A DNA stretch of 64,000 bases from Candidatus Bathyarchaeota archaeon (GCA_963827165.1 CAWGZR010000005.1:384001-448000), one strand, 5' to 3'. Numbered from the stretch's first letter, positions 1 to 10,399 are shown. Notes: generated from the letters alone by a model not told the origin. Program-made: numbers and translations.

Positions 1-485
1 AGCGGGTGCTTCCAAATTTTCAGATTATATGGAACGAGGTATTTCTCAGCTATTCCGCTGCCAAACGTGTAGGTGAACCATTCTTTGAGGTTTTGGGGTT
101 TTTTGATCTTGGCTTTTTCTTTGGCAAGCAATTTTTCGATAAAGGAGTAGAGGCATTCGAAGTTTTCCTGCTTAGGCAAATCTGATAGCCCATTCTCAAA
201 CGGATACTTAACGTACGAACCATTGTAAAGTACTTTGGTGTTCCGTTTCTGCCGAACTTTGTTTTCGCCGAGAACATTTAGAATGAAATCCAAAGATTCC
301 TTGTTTTTTGAGAATATAACGTGGGAGCCACCGCAGTCAAATGCAAACCCATCTTCCTTAAGGGTTCTCATTAAGCCGCCTAATGCAGCCTCTTTCTCTA
401 AAACTTCGGTATCGACCCCTTTTCGGCTTAACAGGTATCCCAACGTTAACCCCGTTAGCCCGCCACCGAAGATTCCAGTCCTCAA
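1..485 (-). CDS. FAD-dependent oxidoreductase (protoporphyrinogen oxidase / UDP-galactopyranose mutase-like); 3' end lies outside the window
   Basis: Not in ORF track. Hand translation from TTG at 485: MRTGIFGGGLTGLTLGYLLSRKGVDTEVLEKEAALGGLMRT...FDCGGSHVIFS. GxGxxG-like Rossmann fold plus GG and DxGxH motifs; frame stays open to the window edge. Confidence 0.85.
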   Translation of the reverse strand, partial: MRTGIFGGGLTGLTLGYLLSRKGVDTEVLEKEAALGGLMRTLKEDGFAFDCGGSHVIFSKNKESLDFILNVLGENKVRQKRNTKVLYNGSYVKYPFENGLSDLPKQENFECLYSFIEKLLAKEKAKIKKPQNLKEWFTYTFGSGIAEKYLVPYNLKIWKHP

Positions 486-565
486 GCATCCACCCACTAT
501 ACTTCTCGCTTTAATTTGCTAACTAGCTCCGACCGATTAAGCCTTTCTACCTGACGCCGCAAAGA

Positions 566-1425
566 CTATAAATCGAAGTCTCCGTAAACAGGGTGAAAAA
601 CCCCCAAATCCGCATTGGCTCTGATTTGCGACCGCGTAATTCCTGCAGGGTCAAACGTGCGGTTGACCATTGGGAAATTCAGCTTCGCCACCGAAAACCC
701 CAAGCCAGTTATTACAGTGGGCAAGCGCATCTCGCAGAAAGCTGAAGGCATCTTTTGCTCTGAAAGCTTCCGCAAGACTTTGCGGGAAAGAAAATGTCCA
801 GGGAAAAAGCTGCGCGTAGATAGTTCGGCGTTGCATTTTGGTTTTTTAGCCATTTGCAGAACGGAATGTTTGGAGCCGCTGGGTGGTCTGTCCAGGTCCA
901 AGACAGGCTCGGCGACTCGGTAAGTTGACGAATCCAGCATCGAAGTCAAGGTAAGGGCCGTACAGTCTCTCGATTGTTTGAGTTAGCAAACATGTCATAT
1001 TCAGAGTAGACGGCGATATTCGAAATCGATGTTTTTGCCGCTTGTTGTGAGAACCAGTTTATAATGGCTAAATCCTGATTTAGCTTTCCGACGGGCGTGA
1101 AGTCGCAGTAAAGTTTCAACCCGATTTTTGGAGAAAACCCGCGAGAGCTCGCTAGTTGATTTCGGCGGCGGAAAGATTCAACATGCCTGTTCAGCGTTTC
1201 CGTTGATTTTGAAAAGGATTTTTGATTTGCAGCTTACCCAATCAAAGTTTCCCTGGTACCGATTGGGAAGCTTGGGGATGGGAAGACTGATTGTTTGGGC
1301 AACCCCGAAAACCGGAACCACATTACGTCGGGGTTCATTTTTTGAAAGCGCATCAGCCGATGTAGAGATGTTTTGTCGGTGCGGTGGAAAGTGTACAGGA
1401 GAAGGTAACGCACCTTTAACTGCAT
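566..1425 (-). pseudogene. Frameshifted hypothetical gene, probably glycan-related
   Basis: Protein-like segments hop between frames: VRYLLLYTFHRTDKTSLHRLMRFQKMNPD / VVPVFGV / LNQDLAIINWF / EYDMFAN / LYGPYLDFDAGFV / FCEMRLPT...GVFHPVY*. Confidence 0.55.
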
Positions 1426-1778
1426 CCCCGAAGCGTAAGTGCAATTTACCCTCATTTTTAGTTAAATGAAATCGGCTCTGGGTAAATTGAAGCATGTGTT
1501 TTGATACAATGCTTGAATTATAAAAGCTTTACAAAACTCGAAATTTTTGTTTATTTGCCCAAGTTGGCACGTTCATGGCTCGTGGAGTATATGTTTGTGT
1601 TTGCTCTAAGGGTACGAATAATAGGGTTAAGCATCTAAGGAATGACGATATACTTTGCCAATACAAGACAATCGGTTTGGAGCAATTTGCGACGAAAACG
1701 GCGTTCCTCAAGAGCGATCAGCAAAATCTAAAAGGACAAGGATTATAGGCGTTACCCCAACTAATAAGCCCGTATATT

Positions 1779-2807
1779 ATGCCAAACGACCAAAAAGCGC
1801 CCCAACTCAACCTACCCTCAAGTTTCAGTGCTATGGCTAAACTACAACAGCATGCATGTGATTGAAACCACCAAAAAATCGTTAAACAAGCATAACCGCG
1901 CCTTGACTACCCAAATTTTGAGATTATACTTATAGACAACGGATCCACCGATGGAAGCAGAGAAGTAATTGAAAAATACCTGAGAACTCGAAGCATCGTG
2001 GAAAGTTTTCAATGTCACTCTTGTTAAGCTCAGCAAAGAACGTGGGGTTTGACTGATGGAGTAAATGCTGGCTACAAGGCGGAGAGACAGAAAGTCAGAA
2101 TACGTCGCGGTAACCCACAACGATGTGCTGGCCAATCAGAGCTTATCTGCGTGAGGTCGTCGGATACATGCTGAGCACACAAAGATATAGGGGCCGCGCA
2201 AGGCATCGTAAAAAGGTTGGCGTTCGCCCAAGCTTGATAGTGTGGGGTTCATGCTTGATGAAGCCCTGGATCTTTTCCGCCTAAGCGAAAGCACCAGACT
2301 TTACCCCCAAAAAAACCCTTTACCTTTCCTATGTTGAAGGCAGCAATGCCAGTCTACAGTGTGTCAAGCGGTAGAGTCCGCCGTAAAAAATGAAAATGAA
2401 ATATTTGTTCCAGGCGCATTCATGTATTACTTAGAGGATGTTTTCATTTCTATTGAACTTTGGAGCAAAGGCTACAAATGTGTTTTATTGCCTATTTTCC
2501 CACGGGAGAACATCTAAGAATGGGCGTTAGCGCGCAAACCGAATCCATAGACCTTGCTCATTACCGCATTAGAAACCAGATAGCACTGCTATGCATGACT
2601 AACAGCGCCGACAAAGTGCGGGTTATCCTGCAGAATCTTCGGAGAGCGGCAGTAAGCAGAGGCAGCCTCGCCTTTCGCCAGATGATACTAAGAAGCTTGA
2701 TTGAAGGAATAAGGAATGGAAGACGGCTTCGCAAAATATACGGGGAAATCGACCTGTATAAAACCCCGATGCGAAGGAAGTCCGTGAAGAACCGTTTCCG
2801 AATTTGA
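1779..2807 (+). pseudogene. Frameshifted GT2 family glycosyltransferase
   Basis: GT2 motifs in different frames: YPQVSVLWLNYNS, DYPNFEIILIDNGSTDGS, GVNAGY, EYVAVTHND, YLEDVF; C-terminal part is ORF 2460..2807. Confidence 0.8.
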
Positions 2808-2811
2808 CTGT

Positions 2812-3621
2812 CTAAATGCCGTACCAACCTTTCGCTAGGCCGATGTAGTTTTCAAGTTGCTGTTTGCCCGCTGTGAAGTCGCCCGTCGCCATAATTATCC
2901 AAACTGATTTGGGAATAGCTAAACCTACCCGAAGCAGTATTTGGCGGTTGGTGTAGGATTTGACTTTTCTTGCGAGTTTGCCGTTTTCCACGAACTCTTT
3001 CCAGGTCATGCCTTCATGGAAGTAGTGTAGGCAGCATGGTTCACGGGTTTTCATCCACTCGTAACCTTTGGCGACGACATGTTGCCCGATGTAGTGGTCT
3101 TCCCACTGGTGCAGGTCAGCAGGTATCTTGATGTCTTTAACGGCTTCTGTCCGCAGCAACGTGTCGTGAGTCAGGTACCGTTTTAGGTTTCTCTGCGCCA
3201 TGATCCAGTCAATCGTGTCTTTGCGGTAAAGCATCGCCATCGACTTGTTCTGGTTGTAAATGTGCTTGTCGCCGGGGATTGTTACTCCCCACAAGCCGCC
3301 AATTTTGGGAGTCAAGTGCTGCTGGGCTTGTTTGAACCAGTCTTTGCATAAGACAACGTCCGAGTCTACATGCAGGTGCCATGTGGTTTGAGCGGCTTCA
3401 ATGCCTTTCTGTCTTGCCGTCGCCCTGTTCCCGCCGACATCGTCGATTACTACGCAGTTAGGATAGGTCTTGGCGAGTTCCAGAGTACCGTCGTTGCTGC
3501 CGCCGTCAACAACCAGCAGACGCCCCACCGGTATATTTGCGTAGACGGCGTCCAGGCATTCCTTTAGGCATGGCTTCATGCTGTTCTTTGTCAGAAAGAC
3601 AACGTCAACTTTTTCACCCAA
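2812..3621 (-). CDS. GT2 family glycosyltransferase
   Basis: VVDGGSNDGT and HVDSDV (DxD) motifs. Confidence 0.9.
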   Translation of the reverse strand: MGEKVDVVFLTKNSMKPCLKECLDAVYANIPVGRLLVVDGGSNDGTLELAKTYPNCVVIDDVGGNRATARQKGIEAAQTTWHLHVDSDVVLCKDWFKQAQQHLTPKIGGLWGVTIPGDKHIYNQNKSMAMLYRKDTIDWIMAQRNLKRYLTHDTLLRTEAVKDIKIPADLHQWEDHYIGQHVVAKGYEWMKTREPCCLHYFHEGMTWKEFVENGKLARKVKSYTNRQILLRVGLAIPKSVWIIMATGDFTAGKQQLENYIGLAKGWYGI

Positions 3622-3701
3622 AGCAGGCGCCTTTTATTCACTAAAGAATAAAGAGACTTAATTTAGTTTTCTGGAAACCCACCCGCAAAAAACTAGCAAA
3701 C

Positions 3702-4529
3702 TTAAGCTGCTAGCCAACCTACTAAGATGAACACGTTGCTGATGAAGTTCGATTTGGAAGCCTGAAAATCGCCAGTCACCGCTAGAATCCAAATTGACTT
3801 AGGAATAGACGTCAGAGTCCGGCGGAACACCCGGTTCAGCCGATCATAATGGTAGACTTTCAGCAAGTAACCTGTGGTAAAGTAGCCACTTGTTCGTTGC
3901 ACGGGGGTGATGTTGTGGAAGCAGAAGGGTTCTTTGACTTTGCGGAAGTCGTACCCTTTTTTTATGATGTGTTTGCCAATGAAGTCGTCTTCCCATGTGT
4001 GCAAATCGGGCGGAATCCTAATGTCCCGCACCGTGCTCGTTCTGATTAATGTGTCATGCATCATATAGCGCTCGCTCCGCATCTGCCGAACCATCAGATC
4101 CTTGACGGTAGTATGATAAAGCTTGGCCATGGCGTAGGCGGCGTTGTAGTAGTGTTTTTCGTTTGGAACTGCAACACCCCAGACGGCACCCACGTCGTCC
4201 GCAACGTTTTCCCAAGCTTTCTTGAACCATTCTTCACAGAGAATGACGTCTGAGTCAACGTGGACGTGCCAGTCGGTTTCCACGGCTTCGATTCCCTTCT
4301 GCCGAGCGGTTGCGCGTGAACCATGCGGGTCTTCAATAACCTCAACGTTCGGGTACTTGCGCACCAACTCCAACGTTCCATCTGTGCTGCCGCCATCGAC
4401 GACGATGAGTTTGTTGACGGGTACGTTGCGGTAAATGGACTCTAAGCATTCAAATAAACAGGGTTTTAGGCTATTCTTGGTTAAAAGCACAACGTCTAAC
4501 TTCATCGGGTTCACGCGAGCGGTCGCCAT
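3702..4529 (-). CDS. GT2 family glycosyltransferase, tandem paralog of 2812..3621 (start may be the second Met)
   Basis: VVDGGSTDGT and HVDSDV; colinear with neighbour (RATARQKGIEA, HDTLxRT, DLHxWED). Confidence 0.9.
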   Translation of the reverse strand: MATARVNPMKLDVVLLTKNSLKPCLFECLESIYRNVPVNKLIVVDGGSTDGTLELVRKYPNVEVIEDPHGSRATARQKGIEAVETDWHVHVDSDVILCEEWFKKAWENVADDVGAVWGVAVPNEKHYYNAAYAMAKLYHTTVKDLMVRQMRSERYMMHDTLIRTSTVRDIRIPPDLHTWEDDFIGKHIIKKGYDFRKVKEPFCFHNITPVQRTSGYFTTGYLLKVYHYDRLNRVFRRTLTSIPKSIWILAVTGDFQASKSNFISNVFILVGWLAA

Positions 4530-4605
4530 TTATTATCTCTCTTTTCGTATTAATGTTGTCATACTCTAAGAAAGAGTCCGCCAGAAAAAGCTTGCCGCAA
4601 AAGGC

Positions 4606-5490
4606 TTAGCCGCATTGGTTGGGCTCAGTGGTCTCGTTCTTTTCTCCGGCAAGCGCCTTTTCTAACGCCACAGCCCTTGCCGCGACCTTCGCCACTTCCG
4701 CTTTCACAACTTCATCTTTTACCTCTTCCTTGCGCTTCTCATTAGACTTCAGAATTAACCGCAGGAAATCCGAGTCATAAGCATCCAGCAGCAGTTCCGT
4801 GTTCGGAATCAAGCAATGCCCGCCGATTACCCCCGGAAACATAACAGGTCTGTCAAACCGTACTCGATGAGTATCCTCAAGAAAATCAACCGTTTCGTTA
4901 AAGTCTGCGCCGAAAGCTCTGGAAATGCGGTGCATCTCTTGGAAGCAAGCAATCATCCAAGCACGGTAAGTTGTTTCGAAAAGTTTGGCGAGTTCTGTTT
5001 CAGTGCAACTTTTGAGCACCGTCACTTTTAACCCGAGTTTTTCAAAATGGGCTTGGGCAGCTTCTGCAGCAACCACGTCTGCGCCGCCGACATACTTGGT
5101 CCAACGTTTCATTTCCCACAACATGTGCTCTGCATTTTTGTGCACGCCGCGCGACGGTGAATGAGCGACTGAACAGGTACATTTCGCTGCAACCTTCAAG
5201 GTTGTTCCAGGCGGAACCGTGCTGTTGACAATCAACAGACAGGGCTTAAACTCCTTAATGTATCCCGCGACAGCGTTTAAGAATTTTTCTTGGGATCCGC
5301 AAGGCAAACAAATATGCAAGGTATCTACCGATCCGGGAAAGCGGCTTCTGCTTTGACCCAAATTTTGCATTTTCGCCTCGTCTAAATCCAAGCCATAAAC
5401 GCTGAAGCTCTTTTCCTGTTGGTTCAGCAAAGCGAAGAGGGTGTGCCCAATTTCGCCTAATCCAACAATCAGGACTGTTTCTTTGGTCAA
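4606..5490 (-). CDS. UDP-glucose/GDP-mannose dehydrogenase family protein, short form
   Basis: GLGEIG NAD-binding motif, STVPPGTT, AHSP.RG, ELAKL, catalytic GGHCL. Confidence 0.85.
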   Translation of the reverse strand: MTKETVLIVGLGEIGHTLFALLNQQEKSFSVYGLDLDEAKMQNLGQSRSRFPGSVDTLHICLPCGSQEKFLNAVAGYIKEFKPCLLIVNSTVPPGTTLKVAAKCTCSVAHSPSRGVHKNAEHMLWEMKRWTKYVGGADVVAAEAAQAHFEKLGLKVTVLKSCTETELAKLFETTYRAWMIACFQEMHRISRAFGADFNETVDFLEDTHRVRFDRPVMFPGVIGGHCLIPNTELLLDAYDSDFLRLILKSNEKRKEEVKDEVVKAEVAKVAARAVALEKALAGEKNETTEPNQCG

Positions 5491-5563
5491 ATACTTGCAT
5501 CCGCCTTTGGAAATTCAATGTTTATCTTAAACTATTTAAATCTGGAGCCCGCATGGAGAGTTT

Positions 5564-6082
5564 ATGCTGAATCCAAAGAGAGGCGTAGGCATAGTTACCG
5601 GTGCCAACGTAGAGATAGGCAAAGATGTTGCCATTTGGAATTACGTTGTGATCGGAGACGGCGTAAAGATCGGCGACGATACCCTCATAGGAAGCTTCTG
5701 TGACATCGGCAAAGAGGTGGTAATTGGCAAAAGATGCAACATTCAAGCGCACGTAACCATTTCAAACGGCTGCATACTAGGCGACAACGTGTTTATTGCG
5801 CCTAATACCTCACTCTTGAACGACAAGTATCCAAAAAGCACTTTCATGACTCCACCAATCATCAAAGACAACGTTGCAATCGGTGGAGGAGTCACCATAC
5901 TACCAGATGTAACAGTTGGAGAGAAGGCTGTGATTGGCGGAGGAAGCGTCGTTACCAAGAATGTGGCGCCGAAAATGGTGTTAAGTGGCGCTCCAGCAAA
6001 AGTGATTATGACTTTAGAGGAATATGAAGAAAAACGTGACAAATTCATAGCTTCACGGATAGGCTGGGTAATGGAAAAATGA
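5564..6082 (+). CDS. Hexapeptide-repeat N-acetyltransferase (WbpD/WbbJ-like)
   Basis: Left-handed beta-helix hexapeptide repeats, NDKYP motif. Confidence 0.88.
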   Translation: MLNPKRGVGIVTGANVEIGKDVAIWNYVVIGDGVKIGDDTLIGSFCDIGKEVVIGKRCNIQAHVTISNGCILGDNVFIAPNTSLLNDKYPKSTFMTPPIIKDNVAIGGGVTILPDVTVGEKAVIGGGSVVTKNVAPKMVLSGAPAKVIMTLEEYEEKRDKFIASRIGWVMEK

Positions 6083-7053
6083 AAATTTGGTACGATGCCT
6101 GCACCGGCAAACACTTGAGGTATGGGTCGGCCATCGGACAGCGACTAAGAAAAGCGGGACATGAGTACGTTTTTACTACTCGCGAGCACCCAGACACACT
6201 GCCGCTAGCCAAGATTCTCGGAGAAAAACCCATCGTCATAGGCAAATACGACCCATCAACACTTTCCTCAAGGCTCAAAGAAAGCGCAGAGCGAGTAATA
6301 GGGTTCGCCGAGCTTTTCAACGATAAAACGCCGGACGTCGCCATCGCACATCAATCAGTAGAACTTTGCCGAACAGCGTTCGGCCTAGGAATCCCAATCA
6401 TCTTAACCGCCGACACACCTTACGCCTCAGCCGTCAACAGACTAACCATCCCCTTTGCTCACACGGTTGTCGTGTCGGAGGCGCTACCGAAAAGCTTTGT
6501 CACGCAACACTGCGCCAAAAATCGCATGCCATTCAAAGGAGTCGATGAGGTCGCATGGATTAAAAACTTCAAACCAAGACAAATCGATGACATAAAGAAA
6601 CCTTTGATAGTCATCAGACAAATTGAAACCAAAGCCGCCTACGCGGAAGGCAAGCAAGACCTTGCAAAACTGATGGCGGAAAAACTGGGCAGGATAGGCA
6701 ACGTTGTTTTCATCCAAAGATATGGTAGTCAAAGCGAAAGCTTCGTGAGAAAAGAAGGGTTTGTGGATTCAGCAAGCCTGGTTGCGAATGCGGATTTAGT
6801 TGTCAGTTACGGAGGAACGATTGCGAGGGAAGCAGCTTTGCAGGGTGTGCCAAGCATTGCAGTTTCGGACATGGCGAAAACCTACGTCAACCATTACCTG
6901 ACCAAGAAGGGGTTCCCGCTGTTTCCAACCACAGAACGTGGTGTAATGGCTTACGCGAAAAAGTATCTTGGCAAGAAATTTGACGTTAAAAGCAAACTTG
7001 CAGATTTAGAAAACCCCGTAGATGTAATTGAAAAAGTTGTCCAAACCCTTTAG
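6079..7053 (+). CDS. DUF354 family protein (GT-B fold)
   Basis: KIWYDACTGKH, GVDEVAW and GGTIAREAALQGVPSI motifs. Confidence 0.8.
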   Translation: MKIWYDACTGKHLRYGSAIGQRLRKAGHEYVFTTREHPDTLPLAKILGEKPIVIGKYDPSTLSSRLKESAERVIGFAELFNDKTPDVAIAHQSVELCRTAFGLGIPIILTADTPYASAVNRLTIPFAHTVVVSEALPKSFVTQHCAKNRMPFKGVDEVAWIKNFKPRQIDDIKKPLIVIRQIETKAAYAEGKQDLAKLMAEKLGRIGNVVFIQRYGSQSESFVRKEGFVDSASLVANADLVVSYGGTIAREAALQGVPSIAVSDMAKTYVNHYLTKKGFPLFPTTERGVMAYAKKYLGKKFDVKSKLADLENPVDVIEKVVQTL

Positions 7054-7829
7054 GCAACCGCTACTCTGATTTTGTCCCCAGCTTTTAAGAAAAGCTTTTC
7101 GGCCGCGCTTGCCTGGTTTAAGGCGATCTCGAGAAAACCGTGGCTACCGATCAAAAGAATGGGCTCATGGAGAGTTGCCTCGGCGTATGCCTTTCCAAAG
7201 CGGATCTTCAATGATGCATGAGTTAATTCTACGTTGACCGTTTTGCCTTCTATGCAAACTACCTCTTTTTCGGTTATGTTTGTGATTGCGTTGCCGAAGC
7301 CATCCACATCTAAAACCTCGCCGGTTAAGACGCCGCCGCTAAACTTCACTTTGGCGAATTCGGGAGTTACCAAGTCACTTATTTCTGGCCCAAACTCGGC
7401 GGGTTGAACGTTTTTCTCTAAATACGCAGCTGCGGGCGCAAAAATGTCTCTACCGTGAAAAGTACCAGAAACCTTAGGCATCATGAACTTTTGTTTAGAC
7501 AACTGGTACACGTGCTGGACGCCTTGGCTTTGGGCCGCCAAATTCAAGACGCCGTTGTCAGGTCCGACAAAGCAGCCCCTTTTCGTCTGCATCACTATGG
7601 CGCGTCTGTCCGTACCCACGCCTGGATCCACCACCGCCAGATGGACAGTACCGTCAGGAAAGTACGGTGCAGAAGAAGCCAAGGCGAAAGCAGCGGCTCG
7701 AACATTAAATTTCTCGATTTCATGCGTTATGTCGACCACGACAGCGTTGGGGGCTATGGTCAAGATTACGCCGTTCATTTCTGCCACGTACGGGTCCCGC
7801 AGCCCAAAATCACTGGTTAAAGTAATCAT
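7050..7829 (-). CDS. SAM hydroxide adenosyltransferase (DUF62, chlorinase/fluorinase family)
   Basis: ITLTSDFG, VVDPGVGT, GPDNG, TFHGRDIFAP, DGFGN. Confidence 0.95.
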   Translation of the reverse strand: MITLTSDFGLRDPYVAEMNGVILTIAPNAVVVDITHEIEKFNVRAAAFALASSAPYFPDGTVHLAVVDPGVGTDRRAIVMQTKRGCFVGPDNGVLNLAAQSQGVQHVYQLSKQKFMMPKVSGTFHGRDIFAPAAAYLEKNVQPAEFGPEISDLVTPEFAKVKFSGGVLTGEVLDVDGFGNAITNITEKEVVCIEGKTVNVELTHASLKIRFGKAYAEATLHEPILLIGSHGFLEIALNQASAAEKLFLKAGDKIRVAVA

Positions 7830-7832
7830 GAT

Positions 7833-8117
7833 TCAACCGCCGTGTACAATGGGAACAAAAACAACTTCATCCCCATCGCATAACATGGTTTCTGAGCCAC
7901 CAAGAACGCCGATTTCCCTGCCGTTAACCAAAATCAAAGCATTAGACATTAAATCGCCTGCCTGTGTGTCACCGAAGGAGGTTTCCAACTTCGGAGTCTG
8001 CTTACTGATTTTTACAAGCAGCTCTTTGACCGAAATCTCTTTTTCAAAATCGATGGTCAACTTGGTTTTGCCGGTGATGTGCCGCAGGGCGCCGACGAAT
8101 TTTATAGTTAGCACCAT
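7833..8117 (-). CDS. MoaD/ThiS family ubiquitin-like sulfur carrier (SAMP)
   Basis: Beta-grasp fold pattern, ILVNG, C-terminal PIVHGG. Confidence 0.92.
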   Translation of the reverse strand: MVLTIKFVGALRHITGKTKLTIDFEKEISVKELLVKISKQTPKLETSFGDTQAGDLMSNALILVNGREIGVLGGSETMLCDGDEVVFVPIVHGG

Positions 8118-8181
8118 TGCTTTCCGCTTGAAAAATAGAATCGTTGTTTACGTTAAAATTGTTTGCGCGTGAACCGCAAAA

Positions 8182-8559
8182 TTAGAAGCTTTGTACTCTT
8201 TCCGCGGTTAAAGTTTCAACGATGTCGGTTGCTATCCCAACGATTGAATCCGCCTGTTTCATCATCGCGTCGCCGTTAACTTCTTCGAGCTGCTGCATTT
8301 GCTGGACAACAGACTCGATTTCCATTAGAAAACGCAGAATTGAATCGTTAGTTGCGGGATTTTTGAGGACTTCTTCCCGAATGAGGATTTCAATGAAGGC
8401 AGGTTCGCCTAAGCTGTAGTAAATGGCGTTTCGGGCTTTTCTGATTGCTTCCAAAACCAAGCCTGGAGCCATATACGGGATTTTTCGTGCTGCTTCTAGC
8501 TCGGCTTTTGCTTCGCGAAGGTACCGTAGAGCCCACCCTTTTCTGTAATCATCCATCAT
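8182..8559 (-). CDS. HEPN-like helical protein
   Basis: N-terminal WALRYLREAKAELEAAR pattern; all-helical. Confidence 0.6.
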   Translation of the reverse strand: MMDDYRKGWALRYLREAKAELEAARKIPYMAPGLVLEAIRKARNAIYYSLGEPAFIEILIREEVLKNPATNDSILRFLMEIESVVQQMQQLEEVNGDAMMKQADSIVGIATDIVETLTAERVQSF

Positions 8560-8587
8560 AGGGGTTTCCCACTTTCAGAGGGATTCT

Positions 8588-8833
8588 TTAATCGGAATCT
8601 TCCTCTTCGTCTTCATCAGTTTCTATCGGTTCCGTTCCAGAATTGGCTTTAGCCAGCGCCAATGTACGTGTTATGTACCCAGCAATTTGATTTCTAACCC
8701 GCGTGGTTGTTCCCTGGGTTAAAGCGTCAACTTCGTGCTTGTTTTCGTCAAAGTTAGTGGTGAATTTTTCTGGAAACCGATGCATCAATTCTTTTCCAGT
8801 TCGTTTAACCTGGTCAGTCTTAACTTTTCCCAA
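8588..8833 (-). CDS. rps17e: 30S ribosomal protein S17e
   Basis: MGKVKT..VKR, FTTNFDENK, RNQIAGYITR. Confidence 0.97.
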   Translation of the reverse strand: MGKVKTDQVKRTGKELMHRFPEKFTTNFDENKHEVDALTQGTTTRVRNQIAGYITRTLALAKANSGTEPIETDEDEEEDSD

Positions 8834-8983
8834 ATCTCAATACCTCATGTAATCAACGTTATTGTTGTCCGACGCTTGAATGCGTAAGAGCAATTCCCAA
8901 TAGATGATTGGTTTAATTTAAGTTTACGCTTAATAGCGCTCGTTTAGCAGTGCCAAAATGCCATGCGAATATTCTAAGCGCGC

Positions 8984-9757
8984 CTAGTTTATTTTTGTGC
9001 TGAAGAAAACTTCAAAGTTCTCGATTATTTGCTCCGCAACCTCCTCGACCTGCATCTTCTTGATTTCAGAGACAGCCGCGACCACGTTGCCAATAAACGA
9101 AGGCTTAGTCAATTCTCCGTTGAAAGGGCGCTTATAATATTTGACTGGACCGTCCGTCTCGGTCAAGAATTGCGTTAGTTGTGCTTTCTCTATGACGTCC
9201 CGAATTCCCTGGGAGTATACTGCAGCGGGACCTTCCGTGATAAAGTACCCATTATCCATTGCTTTGGAGAGCGCGGTCAAAGGATAACTAAACCAGTGGA
9301 GCAAAACGTGTTTAAGTCGATAGGACGGGAGCATTTCTATTATTTTTTCTGTTGTGCCGCGGCTATGGATAATCACCGGGAGCTCGAGCGTTTCAGCAAG
9401 TCGTAGCATCTTGTCGAAAACCACCATTTGCTTTTCCCACACTGTTTCATACTTTGCGTCTAAACCGATTTCTCCTACTGCCTTGATGACGTTTTTGTTT
9501 TTCGTGATTAGTTCGATGATTTGCTCAAGCTCGCCTTCGCTGAGTACGTTTACATTCCATGGATGGACCCCCAAGGCAGGATAAACTAATCCGAGATATT
9601 CTTCTGCGAGTTTAAGGTCATTTTGGCAAGTTCTCAAATCCATCGAATTTGTAATCAACGCGGCTACGCCTGCAGCTTTTGCGTCGGCTATCAATTCTTC
9701 AATGTGACTGGTATACTCGGCATCTGAGAGGTGAACGTGTGCGTCAATCAGCTTCAT
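8984..9757 (-). CDS. tatD: TatD family nuclease
   Basis: DAHVH, GVHPW, GEIGLD, IHSR, ETDGP. Confidence 0.95.
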   Translation of the reverse strand: MKLIDAHVHLSDAEYTSHIEELIADAKAAGVAALITNSMDLRTCQNDLKLAEEYLGLVYPALGVHPWNVNVLSEGELEQIIELITKNKNVIKAVGEIGLDAKYETVWEKQMVVFDKMLRLAETLELPVIIHSRGTTEKIIEMLPSYRLKHVLLHWFSYPLTALSKAMDNGYFITEGPAAVYSQGIRDVIEKAQLTQFLTETDGPVKYYKRPFNGELTKPSFIGNVVAAVSEIKKMQVEEVAEQIIENFEVFFSTKIN

Positions 9758-9915
9758 TTTTTCTCAGCATTTATTCTGCTATACAACATTCTTATAATTT
9801 TCTCAGCTTAATGCCTTAAGTTTTATATTAAATCAAAAGATAAAATAATCCGAATAATGCAAAGACAATAAACTTATATATAAAAAGCGTCTAAATTTTA
9901 AATACGGGTTTTTGA

Positions 9916-10134
9916 ATGAGTGAAAAACAGTTTTATGCAAGTAGCAACCAGATGGTTGCAATCATTTTGGATGTTTTGGGAATAATTTTAGTCCTCGTTG
10001 GAGCATCAATTGCGCGTGCCCATTCAGGTCAAGGAGTAGGATTAGGCATCTATTGGGTAGGTTTCATCCTGCTAATTGTCGCTCTGATAATATTTATCTG
10101 GAGCATGAGAAAGCCGCCAGTAGAAAAAACTTAG
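9916..10134 (+). CDS. Small two-TM membrane protein
   Basis: Two hydrophobic helices; upstream TATA-like ttatatataaaa. Confidence 0.7.
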   Translation: MSEKQFYASSNQMVAIILDVLGIILVLVGASIARAHSGQGVGLGIYWVGFILLIVALIIFIWSMRKPPVEKT

Positions 10135-10399
10135 ACCCAAAAAAGCAAAACGGGAGCAATTCTCCCTATTTTCTTTTAATAATCGAAAAATCGCTGATTA
10201 TTTTTTGTCGTCCGTAAGATTTTTGAAAACAACTTTTTCTCTTAGCCTGCCTCGCACTTGTATCTCCTTTCTGCAAGTTCGAAATTGTATATTGTTCTCG
10301 AGTTTATTTTCGGCAGAGTTAGACGTTTTTTGGTTAAGCGATGGACCGCAAAGCCTAAATATTGCTTTAAAATGAAAAAGAGGCTGTGGAGAAGTCGAT

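Noticed and set aside
7483-8172. 229-aa plus-strand ORF and similar long antisense ORFs
   Set aside because: They are shadows of well-supported opposite-strand genes.
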